From Octopus bimaculoides (Eukaryota): a stretch of 58,727 nucleotides of DNA. The position numbers were made by a program, and so were the translations under genes. The stretch covers positions 4,288,413 through 4,347,139 of the forward strand of contig NC_068993.1 of assembly GCF_001194135.2 (NCBI RefSeq). Direction: 5' to 3'. The stretch's first letter is position 1. The number at the start of each line of letters is the position of its first letter. Shown here in pieces: positions 37,999-50,388 of this stretch. The notes under the pieces were generated by a model. That model was not told where the DNA came from, made no database searches, and was given only the letters and a program-made list of their open reading frames with translations.

Positions 37999-40420
37999 AT
38001 GTATCATACTAGTTATCGACAGCATGTGTCGCACATTTTCTGTGACGTATCTGCATCACGTGTCCAATCCTTCAACCAAGTGTGGCAGTGATTGTTATAC
38101 CAGCAATCGAATGCATTAGAAATTAAATTACGCAGATTAAACTTACGAAAACCACATAAACCATATACAGAATATTCTTTTCTCTTTATATTCCGCGAGT
38201 ATGAGAAAGAGAGGGCGAGAGACAAGATAGCGAAAGACAAGGTATATATATACATATATATATATATGTGCGTGTGTGTGTAAGTGTATGTCTGTTCACT
38301 CATGTCCGTGTGAGTGTTTTCTGTGCCATTTAATGGCTTATTTACACTACAGGTAAATTTTATGCTTTGATATCGATAACATAGCAATACAAATTCGACA
38401 GTGAATGGTCGGAATAGACTTCACAAGGAAAGAATGGTCAGTTAAAGCAAACGATTCATGTTTAAACCCTTTCAGTACAATGTTAACTTACGGCTAGCTG
38501 GATTTTCTTTCAACTATGGCCACCGTGATTGAAAATGGTAAATATATTCCAGCTATCCACAAAATGGTTAAACGCTGTCTTTGATTCATTCATGACGGAA
38601 TCGTTTGAAAGGTTTCCCCCACTTCTTCTATGAATTAACACTTACATACTTATTAAGTGTATATAAATACAAACATACATTCATACTTACATATACGTAT
38701 GTGCCTTTGTATGTGTACATTTATCATCGGAGATCTGCCGACAGCATATGTGTGTGTGTGTGCTTTCGTGGGCGCGTGTGTATACTTTATTTGTGAATTA
38801 ACAATGCTACCATTGGTTCCATGCCGAGAGATATCTCTTAACAATTATCAAGCCTTCCACATGGAACGTTAGTACTCATCTCCATACCTTTTCAATCTTC
38901 CAATTGAGAGGTACACTTTTCCACATGTTGCACATGTTCTGCTGCGAACAATAGCCATACCACAATCTACCATACATATATGTATACACATTCACACACA
39001 TATACACAAATATATATACATATATACATACATGCATACACTCACACATACATACATACATACATGCATACATACATACATACATACATACATACATGCA
39101 TGCATGCATTTATGCTTACATACTAGATGCATACATACGTATGTACATAGATACATTCTTAAATATACGACCGTCACTAGTCATAGGAACTGACACATCT
39201 TTGGTAACCAACTCCAAAACTGATGCTGTAATTCTTAGTGATGTTAAATAACTAGTTATTTCTCTAGTCACATTTTTTGAGAAAACTTCTAAATCATGAT
39301 TCTATTAATGTAGATCTTTGGTCCACACATCACAGAGAATTGTAACAAACATGGCTGGGCACAACATCAGCGCTGTCAAAAAAGAGATCCAAGAAAAGCC
39401 AAGGAAAAGCACTATCGGAAAAGGTAACCAGAGTGCTAGTAATCGTGGTTAACATTTAACTTCCTGCAAAACACAGAACCGCCAGTAACTGCATCAGTCA
39501 ACCAGTCTTGAAACGCATGATACTACAAAAATACGTCCTGACGTCATTTTGAAGGAAGAACAAAATACTCCAATGAATGCGAGGACACTATTTATCTCCT
39601 TTCCTGTCATTTATTTCTGTTCTGTAACAGAATCATTACAGGACAGGACTTTTGCCTTGAATTATTTTCCAGAGGATGTTCAGAAGAAATCGGAGTTGCA
39701 AAGTACTAAAATACATTTTCTTGGAATTATGAATCAATAATGATTTATGTAATTGCTTTATTACAGCAAAACAGTTCGCTGTTGGTTGTAGGAATGAAAT
39801 CTCAACATGTTGGAATGAAACTCACGTGGCACCAGACTATTTCACGACAAAATATGACCTCCGGAATGCTACAGTTATTGATTGCAAAAGGAAGCTCGTT
39901 GATAAGTAACAACAGTGAGCAAATAACTACGTGCACGAATTTCTAGCAACGCAAAAGCTTACAACACGGATGACACGACGTGTTATGTCAGAATCGATAT
40001 TGTGTCTAGAAGAACCAGACATATCATAAACGCTTTGAGTTCGATCATTGTTCATGTTATGTTTATAATACTCTAATGTCTTAAGGAAAGAACACATTGG
40101 TTAATTTAGCCCTACATAACCCTGAAAAAAATTGAGTAATTATCTCTTGAATATTTTCACTCATTTACTCAATCAGGGTTAATTTGGCACTAAACAACAA
40201 CAACAACAACTACTACTACTACTGCAAAATTGAACTGGCCAAACTCAGGCTAACACTATGTTATCTCGTTGTAAAGCTGACCGTCTACATCTATCTACCA
40301 ATGGTCAGTGACAGGTTAGTAAGACATACGAAATGCAGAATGTAAAATAACAATTAAAAATCCAGTTTTCATCAAGGACTGCACTCTACCTCTATATGTA
40401 TCATATGGCAAGCTGAGCAA

Positions 40421-40735
40421 AGGCACGTGGCTTGGTGGTTAGGGTAATCGACTCGCGATCGTAAGGTCGTAAGTTCGATTCCCGGCAGTGCTTCGTGTCC
40501 ATGAGCAAGACACTTTATTTCACTTTGCTTCATTTCACTCAGCTGGCAAAACTGAGTAGTACCAGTAATTCAAAGGGGCCAGCCTTGTCACATTCTGTGT
40601 TACGCTGAATCTCCTTGATAACTTCATTAAAGGTACACATATCTGTGGAATACTCAACCACTTGCACGCTAATTTCATGAGCAGGCTTTTCCATTAACCG
40701 GATCAACTGGAACACTCGTCGTTGTAGCCGATGGA
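40421..40735 (+). mobile_element. tRNA-derived SINE, family C
   Basis: A-box TGGCTTGGTGG, B-box GTTCGATTCC, then gtgtcc.tgagcaagacactt. There is no tRNA acceptor stem, so this is not a tRNA gene. Confidence 0.85.
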
Positions 40736-42344
40736 GGACCAGTAAAGTAAACGATAAGCTGAAGGGAGGCCATTTTTGTTATTTGTTAAGCCAGTGGGGG
40801 AAGGAAGGGGCAGCGTGTATGAACTTTACAGATCCTCTGAGAGCGGTGAGTTTATCGCTTATGTTCCGTTTAATCTGTGGCAGATCAACACGAGCAGGAA
40901 AAAGATGAACCGGAAGAAGATTGTAGAGACTGATGATCTGGAGAAGAAGGAATGAACACAGTGTTTAGATTGGCAGGTGAAGGTCAGAATACAACAAGGG
41001 TAACGAGAAGTGAAGAGGCAAGTGAATTGGAGAGCCAGAGAGGAGGAGAGACGAGGGACAAGGATCGTTATAATAGCGGTAGAGGAAGTAGAGATGGGAA
41101 AGCATCGCAACTAAGAACCAGAGACTAGAGACTGTGGTATTTAATGCCATTCAGTTGAGTAGATTTTTTTTTCTGGATATTGTTCAGGATGTCTCTGTGT
41201 ATAGAACCAATATCAGGGATGTGGGAACGGTAATCCATTGAGAACTTCAGATTGGCATTTGTAGTGTTGGTGGTGGTGGTGTTGGGGGATAGTGATGGCG
41301 GTGGTGGCGATGAAAGTACATGTTGGTGGGGGTAAAATTTGTACTTTGATAAACACTGATAAATACATATGTGCATCAACTTACAAAACACAAATATATA
41401 TGCACAGAAAAAGTCTACAGACTCATATATCTACGTATATACATGCATACAAAAACATACATATATATATATACATACACAAATATATATATATGTGTGT
41501 GTGTGTGTGTATAATCATCTCCAGTTCCTATTGATTTTTTATAGGTTTGAGTGGCATTTTAACAATTTGGTTTCTCCTAAAAGAAATTTTTAAAAATGAT
41601 TCACAACAGAACCAACTTGACTGCTTTAAATTGGATTAATACATCTTGTCTCAAGTGTTTAAATGTTTGTAGATGTTTTGTAATTATTTGTTTATGTATA
41701 GTATCTGTGTAAGGATGCACATTTATGTCTGTAGTGTACGTGTATATATGGCGAACAGAAAATGTGTGTGTCTGTGTGTGTATTGAATATTACCAGTCGT
41801 ATATTTATTGATTTACTAAAAGAATGTGTGTGATGAGTGTGTGTGCGTGCGTGTATGTGTGTGTGTGTGTGTGTGTGCGTGTGTGTGTGCTTGGTTGGGG
41901 GGGGGTATTATTTTGAAGCTAGTTTAAGAACAACAACGAAACATTTACTGATGTGAGACTCAGAACTAAGAGAAGAGTCTTATTAATTATAAAATTCATA
42001 TTCAATGAGATTTTAAGTTTCGCCTGACTGTTTTATTGGACCAGTGAATGAGTGAGTGAAACTTAAAGCACCAATCATGAAGAAAATTATGATACAAGCA
42101 CACACGAACGCACTTACAAACATATTAACACGCATACACACACATTTAATTAGCGACGTTATATATCGGTCTAATGCATACCAAACCTTTTAAAGTAATT
42201 TAACATCTATTCCTGCGCCTATTATCTAGACCAGTACCCCACAACCGATATTCCACGGCACACTGGTGATGTTAATTAGAGACGATGCTAGTAGAGTCAC
42301 AAGTGTAACCTGAATATAATTTTTTCCCTATATTTTTCATTCAG

Positions 42345-42370
42345 GTGTGCCGCCGAATTTTGAAAAGAAT
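42345..42370 (+). CDS. Candidate 26-nt microexon, (G)VPPNFEKN
   Basis: Strong acceptor ttttttccctatatttttcattcAG and donor AAT|GTAAGT. Confidence 0.22.
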
Positions 42371-43509
42371 GTAAGTGTACCGCCGCAAGTGAAAAAAAAG
42401 TTACAGAGCACTGTCCTAGACAAGTCCTCCGGGGTTGGTGAGACTGACGTAGTCGATTGTCGCCTGGAACAGCAAGCACTCAATAAGTGCAGAACAAATG
42501 TTGAGTAAAAGAGAAAATTCAAGATGGAAAACATTCTTCACATGAAAAAATGTTGTGCTACTAGTGCTAAAGTTTCTCTATCAATCGTCCAATGGTTCTA
42601 CACTTTCGAAAACGTGGAATAGGAGATGCTTTCGGGGAGAACCTAATAAGAGTGAGCGACAGAAAGCGTATTCGTCTGTAAAACGACGCTCCATCAATAT
42701 ATTCAATTGACTCTTGCTAGTATGGAAAAATAGATGTAAAAACCTCGAACGAATGTCTATGTATGTATGTATGTATGTATGTGTTTATTGCTTAAAAGTT
42801 AATAAAAAGTGAGATAAATATTGCTTAAGTTAAAGTATTATTACAGAATGTCTAAAGCAAAATTAACCTGCGAAAAAAAAAGTGTCAGCTATGTACGTTT
42901 CTAACTGACTAATAGCCATATGACAGATGCGCTCTACTCATACTTACACTCACTTTTTTCTTTTTTTTTTTTTTCGAGTATTGATAGTGATCTACAGTTA
43001 TCTCCCCATGAGAATTGTTCTATGACTGATTTTTGGCACAAGGAAGTAATTCATTTCAACTCTGTCCTCCTTTTTCGCCTCAATATTTACAACAACACTA
43101 GAAAGTGTTTAAGATCTGATCGTGAATGCCATAAGAATTATCAGTTACTAATCTCTGAGAATATGTAAATATTTGTTGGGTTCTTCTGAATTATATACTT
43201 AGAAGTTTCTTTTTTAAACATTTTAGACTTAGTGAATGGAGATTAAAACGTTTCTTCTCTAACAGAATTGGTAAATGTCATCAACAGTCGGCTTATTCTG
43301 GAGAAGTGTTTACACAATAACCAAACGATGCATCGTTATCAAAGACAAGTATAACATAGCAAATAAACATTCTTCTCTCTTCCTATATTCAAATTATGGT
43401 CGACACGATTCCAGCAACGGAGTGCGACAGAAACACCAATTATATTTTACACGACCTTCGAAGTGACGTTATTGGAGTTAAGCAGATAATAACCCTTTCT
43501 TATTTTGGC

Positions 43510-43852
43510 ACAAAGTCGGCAATTTCGAGGAAGGGAATTAATCAATTATATCGGCCCACTGCTCAACTGGTATTTATTTTATCAACCACGACAGCATCAA
43601 AGGCAAAGTCGACCTCGACAGAATTTGAACTCAGAACATAAAGATGATCCACCAAGCACTGTGCTAACCATCCTACCAGCTCACCACCTTAGTTAAGCAG
43701 ATAACAAGGGTTTCAGATTTTGACACAAGGATAGCAGCTTCGAGATGGTGGTGGGGAATAAACCGATTACATCGATCTCCATTGTTCAACTGGTACTTAA
43801 TTTATCGACCCCAAAAGGATGAAAGGCAAAGTCGACCTCGGCGGAATTTGAA
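43510..43852 (-). mobile_element. Two tandem SINE family B copies
   Basis: aaaggcaaagtcgacctcg..gaatttgaa occurs at about 43600 and 43825. Confidence 0.88.
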
Positions 43853-45119
43853 TAAGTCTATGGTATAAGCTCCATAGTTTCATCAGACATAAAGAGGGCT
43901 ATGAGCTGGTGATATATCAGTTTATTTTTCGTTCTTGTGAGTAAAAAATACAAAACAGTAAGGCCAGATAATTGATGGGTGGTCTCAAGAAAATATCCAG
44001 AACAAAGACAAATCTAGCAAAAAATTAACAGGCGGGGGGCTTAGCTTAATCTTTATTAGTTTCTCGGGATATTCTGAAGGTCTGTTACCTTTAGTTCCAA
44101 CGGAATGGTAAATTAAGACGTAGTACGGGAGGGGACGTGTGTGTGTGTTTGTGTGCAAACGATGAGTGACTGAGAGAAGAGAGAAAGTGAAGATGAATGA
44201 TAGCAATGAAGGGAGAGAAATCGACGTGGAAGAAGAAGACATAAACGGGAGCAAGAAAGAGAGAGAGAGAGAGAGAATAAGGGGAATGTGAAGGAGTGAG
44301 AGAGTTAAGTCTAACATAAACTCAATCTTGACGTCAAGAATTTTATAAACATTTTGCTGTCATCTGTATTATTTCATTAAAATTCTTTTTTCTTTTTTTT
44401 TTGGCAATGCTACCATCTTATATCAGCTGTATACAAACATGTCACAAGTTAATGATGGAATGAGGGTTGATTTATAAAGACATTCACAGCTACCTCCTCC
44501 TCCTCCTCCTCCTCTTTCATTTGGTGCCAAATATTCTCCTCAACTATTGCTATTAGTCTTCTTTTCTCACCTTCATTTGAAAGTTTCTTATCTTTTACTC
44601 ATCCTCCATTCTTTTCAGTTTATATCACATCCTTCCCCCTCCTCCTCCCCTCTCTCTCTCTCTCTCTCTCTTTCTCTGGTCATAAACCTAAAGGACGCAC
44701 TATCGAAATTTCCACTTGATAGTAAAACAAGTGACCACAATTGTAGAGAATCATAACAAGAGGAAGAATTCTTGCAAGTTCTGGCACAAGGCCAGCAATT
44801 TTAGACAATCACGTTGACCCCATTTCTTGTCAGGTGCTTTATTTCATTAACCTTGAAAGCGGGGGGAGGATGCGAACTTAGAATGTAAAGATCTAAAACG
44901 AATACCACAAACCATGTTTTACAGACAGCTCAAATAATTCTGTCAACTTACCTCTTTTAATAATGTTTCCCAGACTTTTGGCACTGAGCCAACGTCTTTT
45001 TTTTTTTTTTTTTGTAAGGGAAAGGGAAAGTTGATTTCATTGATCTCAATACATGACTGGTATTTATTTTACCAACTCTGAAAGGACGAAAGACAAAGCG
45101 TAATAATCATAATAATAAT

Positions 45120-45610
45120 AATCCTTTCTACTATAGGAACAAAGCCCGAAATTTGAGGGGAGGGGGTAAGTCAATTACATCGACCCCAGTATTCAACTGG
45201 TATATCTTTTATGGACCCTGAATTTGAACTCAGAACGTAAAGACAGATAAAATGCCACTACAAGCATTTTGCCCAGCATGCTAACGATTTTACTAGCTCA
45301 CCATAATAATAATAATAATAATAATAATCCTTTCTACCATTGGCGCAAAGCCTGTAATTTGGAGGAGGGGACTAATCGATTACATCGACCCCAGTACTTC
45401 ACTGGTACTTAATCTATCGAACACAAAATGATGAAAGGCAAAGTGTTGGTGTGTTTATATTCCCCATAACTTAGCAGTTCGACAAAAAGGATCAATAGAA
45501 TAAGTACCAAGTTTGACAAAATACATAAGTCCTGGGGTCAATTCATCCAGCTAAAAATTGTTTAAGGTGGTGCCCCAGCATGGTCGCAGTCTGGTGCCTG
45601 AAACAAATAG
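45120..45610. mobile_element. SINE cluster: two family B copies (-) and a fused family A 3' half (+)
   Basis: The family B body ends ..gaaaggcaaagt at about 45446 and switches directly into the family A 3' body (ggtgtgttta..taacttagc.gttcg..). Confidence 0.82.
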
Positions 45611-46890
45611 AAGATAACAGATTCACAAAACAACGTAGTCAAAACAAAATAGACGTAAACAAAAAAAAAACTAAAGTCGAAAACAACAAAAACCATACAA
45701 ACAAAATAATACGAAATTGATGCGAAAAAACAAACATAATTCCACGTCTCCAAAGAACAACGCTGCACACATGCCAGGGACATGACNNNNNNNNNNNNNN
45801 NNNNNNNNNNNNNNNNNNNNNNNNNNNNNNGGTAGCTGTTGGTGGTGGCAGCGGCGATGCAGTGGAAACTCTCATAAAACTGTTGAAAACACGATTATAG
45901 AAAGACAACAACAATGATGATGATGACGATTATGATGGTAACAATGATAATAATAATAATAAGAAGAAGAAGAAGAAGAAGAATGATGATAATAATAATA
46001 ATAATAGTAATTTATTACTGTTATTGTCATCATCGTCATCACCAAGAAAATACCATTAAAATGTGAATTTAAGTTATTGTGAAAATAATAGAGGAAATTG
46101 TTTAAGCAGAAAACTGATAACAGGAAACTGAATATATGAAATATAATTGAAAAATGAGTTGGGAGGAGAACAGTTTAGTTTGAATTAACTGGAAAATAAT
46201 GTATATGCATGTATCCCTTCTTTGTGTGTGTGTGTGTTTGTTTTTGTATGTGTGTGTGTGTGTCTGTCTGTATAGGTGTGTGTAATGATTTATGCATAAG
46301 ATAATTGCATGTATGTGTGTGTTTGTAAGTCTAAACCAAATACATGGAAAGAAATACTGATGTTGATACGTTTATACCTACATGGAAATATATATATGTG
46401 TATATATATGTGTGTGTGTGTGTGTGTATATATATGTATATATATATTTGTGTGTGCATGTGTGTATCTGCGTGTATGTGTGTGTGTGTGTGTGTGCATG
46501 TATATATGTATATATATATATTTATCTATTTATCTATCTATCTATCTATCTATCTGTATATATATATGAATGTATATATATATGTATATGTTATATATAT
46601 TTTTATATGCCATGAATATGCAGCTAATGTGATATGATGTACACATGTGTGCATATATATATTTGTACACTTATAAATGTGTATGTGGGGGGGGTATAAA
46701 TGAGTAAGTTGTGCATATATGAAGCATACCTGCGTATACTTTATATTCGTTGCAACGAAGCCAGATGTGCATATATATAGGTGTGTGTCAATAAACATAT
46801 CAAAATGCTATGTTTTATCGTGGAGCAAATGAATGGATGTAACTAACAACAACAACAACAATAATGATAATAATAATGATTAATCATAAT

Positions 46891-47585
46891 TGGAAGGTTA
46901 ACAGAGAAAGTAGTCTTTATGTATGGCAGATGTGCAGGTCTAATAAACACTAAGAATGTACAGGAAATAGACTTCCTCAAATGTCCAGAGGGACCCTCAG
47001 AAGTAGTAGATAGCTTCTGTTACCTAGGCAACCAAGTTAGTCATGGAGGAGGATGCTGAGAGAGCCTAGTTGCCAGAATAAGAACAGGCGAGGCAAAGTT
47101 CAGAGAGCTATTACTTTTGTTGATTACAAAGGGCTTATCCCTCCGAGTGAAAGACTCTCTGTATGATTGCTGTGTCCGAACAGATATATTATATGGCAGT
47201 GAAACATTGGGGCTGTGACTAGAGAGAACATGCAAAGACTTGAAAGAAACGAAGCTATGCTTCACTGGATGGGTAATGTCAGTGTGCCTATACAACATAG
47301 TGTAACTGGCTTCACAGAAAAACAACTGGGCATATGGGGTGAATGCAAGAGAGAAGACTGTATTGGTATGGTTATGTGATGTGTATGGATGAGAACAGCC
47401 ACATAAAGGAGTATCGATCTGTGAAGAGAACGAGTGGAAGAGTTAGACCCAAGAAGACATGGGACAACAAAGTAGTGAGAAATGATCTTCAGGTGATGAG
47501 CCTCACAGAGAAGATGACAAGAGATCAAGACTTCTGGTGATTTGCTGTGCTTGATATGACACTTGAAGCTAAGTTGAAACCATGG
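46891..47585 (+). mobile_element. RTE-clade LINE, 5'-truncated 3' fragment (decayed ORF2)
   Basis: Translates GRCAG..DFLKCPEGPSEVVDSFCYLGNQVSHGGGC*ESLVARIRTG.AKFRELL..LYDCCVRT.ILYGSET..RRLYWYGYVMCMD..RPKKTWD..VRNDL..W. Stops and frameshifts present. Confidence 0.93.
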
Positions 47586-49805
47586 CCGTCCACACATACA
47601 AGCATATTCTTTATAGTCATTCCCCACTCATGTATACATACACATTATCTGTCCTTTGTCAAACCTCCCCCATCTTCACTGCATCCCCTCCCCTTCCACT
47701 CTCTTCTAATTTTCTTGTCTGTCTTTTATTTGTTGGGTGAAAAACTAAACTTCATTTCAGCTTGGAGTCAATGAACTCAACTTTTGCTTAACGTTTCTTG
47801 CTTACCTTGTCCTCTTTATTGTCCCAAGACAATGGAGTGGTGCTGCCAAACCAGAGGTTTCCATTTGCTTCTTAGTTCTGGGAATGAGGATAAGTGATCT
47901 CCTTTGATGGTTTTGGTTCCACACCGAAAGATGACATTGGTTCTGAAGCCTACTCTAAATTTTTGTTTTTACTTTAGTATTACAGATTTTTTGTCTGAAC
48001 AAAAATCCCTTAACTATATTCTTGTATGTGTAGCATCTTGATCTTCTACCCTAAACCATCAATTCTAAAATTTTCTCTCTTTGAATCCTCTCTAGGGTAC
48101 AATTCCGAGACTTGTAGACTTGTGAAACCATGACTACTTGTATGTCCAAAGACAACCATGAGCCAGGTGTCAGTGCCATTATTGATATCCTTTACTTGTG
48201 TTCCTTCACCCCTAATAATATGGGATTAGTTTTTTGAGCAGACATGTGGAACACTAATTGATTTTATCTACTCAAACCTACCCTGGTTTTAAAATCAACG
48301 TTTATTGTAACATATGCCCTCACTCATTTGAAGTAAGAGATTTCGGTGCATTTTTCAGCAAAGGGTGCTTCCAACTTTATATGGAAGAAACAAGAAAGCT
48401 CATTGTAGTTTTAACAAAGCATGGATAAATACTCTTGGTCTCTTCAAGCACCTGCATAACAGCTTCAGATAAACATCCACCTGGTTTTGGTCTCATGCTA
48501 CTGAGAAGTGGGTCCTTCTTTGATATAAATGTCCATGCCTAGAGTTCATTTCTTGGAAGTTATATTTGCAAAAAAACTAAGCTAGCCCTCAAGTTTTCAT
48601 CCTTGTTCTTATTTGACAAAGTTTACATGAGTGCATAGATGTGTGTAAAAGTTGTTGCTTGCGTTATCACAGCAAATATTCTTTAATATTATTACAGCTA
48701 TTTGTCACAAAGTTATTATTTTCATTCTTTGTGTTTGTATCTTTTCCTGTTTTGTTAGTCTTCTTCATATCTGTTGGGTTTTCTTTTTCTTTTTAAATTT
48801 CTTCTAATGTTTTGTCTTTCACACACGTTTGACTGTGGGATGTATTTGTTTATATCAGTATTACAACTATCTCAAGTTCTTCATTCTGTTACACCACTCC
48901 AAGAGTTACTTTGAAATATGGCTAAACAATAACAGCAAAAGTTTGAAAAGTTTCCAAGGCGTTTACTTTTTTTACATTTTGCCTACACATGACAGAAGAA
49001 TAAAAACAAACTTCTTATGTCTCTTTGTAATAATTCTGTGTGATGCGGCAAATAAATAATATTTGATGCCATTTTTTGAATAAAAATTTACAAAATGAAA
49101 TCCATAAACAGTTACACAATAAACAAGCATTGCAAGGACAAGAAACAACAAAAACAACAGCAGTGGTTTCCTTTATTAGCCACAAGGGTTTGCAAATATA
49201 ATAAGTGTTATAATCACAGAAGTTATGTGTAAGACTGGACAAACAAAACAAGGCAAAAATGGTGATTGGTGAGATACAATGAGTGGTTTAAAATAGAAAA
49301 ATTTAATTAAAACATGAAAAAATATCAACTCACATTTGGGGCAAGTTATCTCACCTGCTCTCAGAGATTCAGTGTTTTTTAACGTTTGGCATCATGAACA
49401 GACATCTCCTGGAACGCTATCTCACAGTTAATGGCCATATAAACAAACACACATACTATGTTTACTGTATTGGAACGTCTTTTAATTCAAAATTTAAACA
49501 ATGTATGGTAGTTAATATAAAACATGAAGAACTTTACAAGTGATCCTAGACACTAGACAAGCTCAACAAATTCTTGTGTTATTTGGTCGATTGATCTTTT
49601 CTTGACCACAAATCATTTCTTTGGATCTATGTGCTTATTACCTGAGCTACAAAGGTGATAACTCATGGTTTATATTATTTGTTTTGTCCTTGACTGTTAA
49701 ACTTCTATTATATTGCCCTACATACATGAATACATGAAGCAGTATAATATACATGAGCAAATGTCTTGTGAATCCCATCTACTGATTTCTGAACCTCAAG
49801 CTTAG

Positions 49806-49905
49806 TTTTGAAGCTCAGGAAGATGGTGCCATAAGGTTTACTCTTCACTATGGAGAGCCTTCTTTACTCATGGAGGGCATATTGAAACTCAGCTTCTTTT
49901 ATGAG
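49806..49905 (+). CDS. Candidate 100-nt exon, (S)FEAQEDGAIRFTLHYGEPSLLMEGILKLSFFYE
   Basis: Open frame, more GC-rich than its flanks, donor GAG|GTAGAT. The acceptor (aagcttAG) is modest. Confidence 0.3.
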
Positions 49906-50020
49906 GTAGATTAATTCTTGCCTTGCCTGCTTCTCAATTCATTTTCCAAGCATGAAGATAGAATCTTCAAAAAAGCAACTTTGTCATTGTTTCATTTTGG
50001 GTTTCTGTATATTCCATGTA

Positions 50021-50248
50021 TGGTGGCGAGCTGGCAGAATCGTTAGCACACCGGGCAAAATGCTTAGTGGTATTTCATCTGCTGTTATGTTCTGAGTTCA
50101 AATTCCACCGAGGTCGACTTTGCCTTTTATCCTTTCGGGGTCGAGTAAATAAGTACCAGTTATGCACTGGGGTTGATGTAATCGACTTAATCCCTTTCTC
50201 TGCTCTTGTTTATCCCCTCTACGTTTAGTCCCCTGTGGGCAATAAAGA
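50021..50248 (+). mobile_element. SINE family B, near full length
   Basis: ggcgagctggcagaatcgttagcac..ttctgagttcaaattccaccgaggtcgactttgcc..; best-preserved copy. Confidence 0.93.
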
Positions 50249-50347
50249 AATGTATATTCCATGTTTATTGGAAGAATGTTAAAGGCATTTCAGGCAAAAC
50301 TGGCAGAATTTACCAAAATGGCTCTGTTTTATGCCTTTCTTGTTCAG

Positions 50348-50388
50348 CAACGTTTATGTCAGGAACAATGCTATGTTGTTGTGATTGA
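50348..50388 (+). CDS. Candidate 41-nt exon, QRLCQEQCYVVVI(E/D)
   Basis: Acceptor gcctttcttgttcAG, donor TGA|GTGAGC. The phase-0 start fits 49806-49905. Confidence 0.22.

Noticed and set aside
40421-40495. tRNA-like A and B boxes
   Set aside because: No acceptor-stem closure, and the sequence continues into a SINE body. This is a SINE head, not a tRNA gene.
40890-41130. DDLEKxEGMNTVFRLA resembling an RTE linker region
   Set aside because: It needs a frameshift, and no further RTE motifs follow.
43470-45610. Recurring conserved blocks with variable spacers (CRISPR-like at a glance)
   Set aside because: These are dispersed SINE copies of irregular length and orientation in a eukaryotic genome, with no cas genes.
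48400-48545. Minus-strand open frame AWTFISKKDPLLSSMRPKPGGCLSEAVMQ..
   Set aside because: Poor acceptor. It could be a DNA-transposon remnant or chance, and I cannot assign a family.
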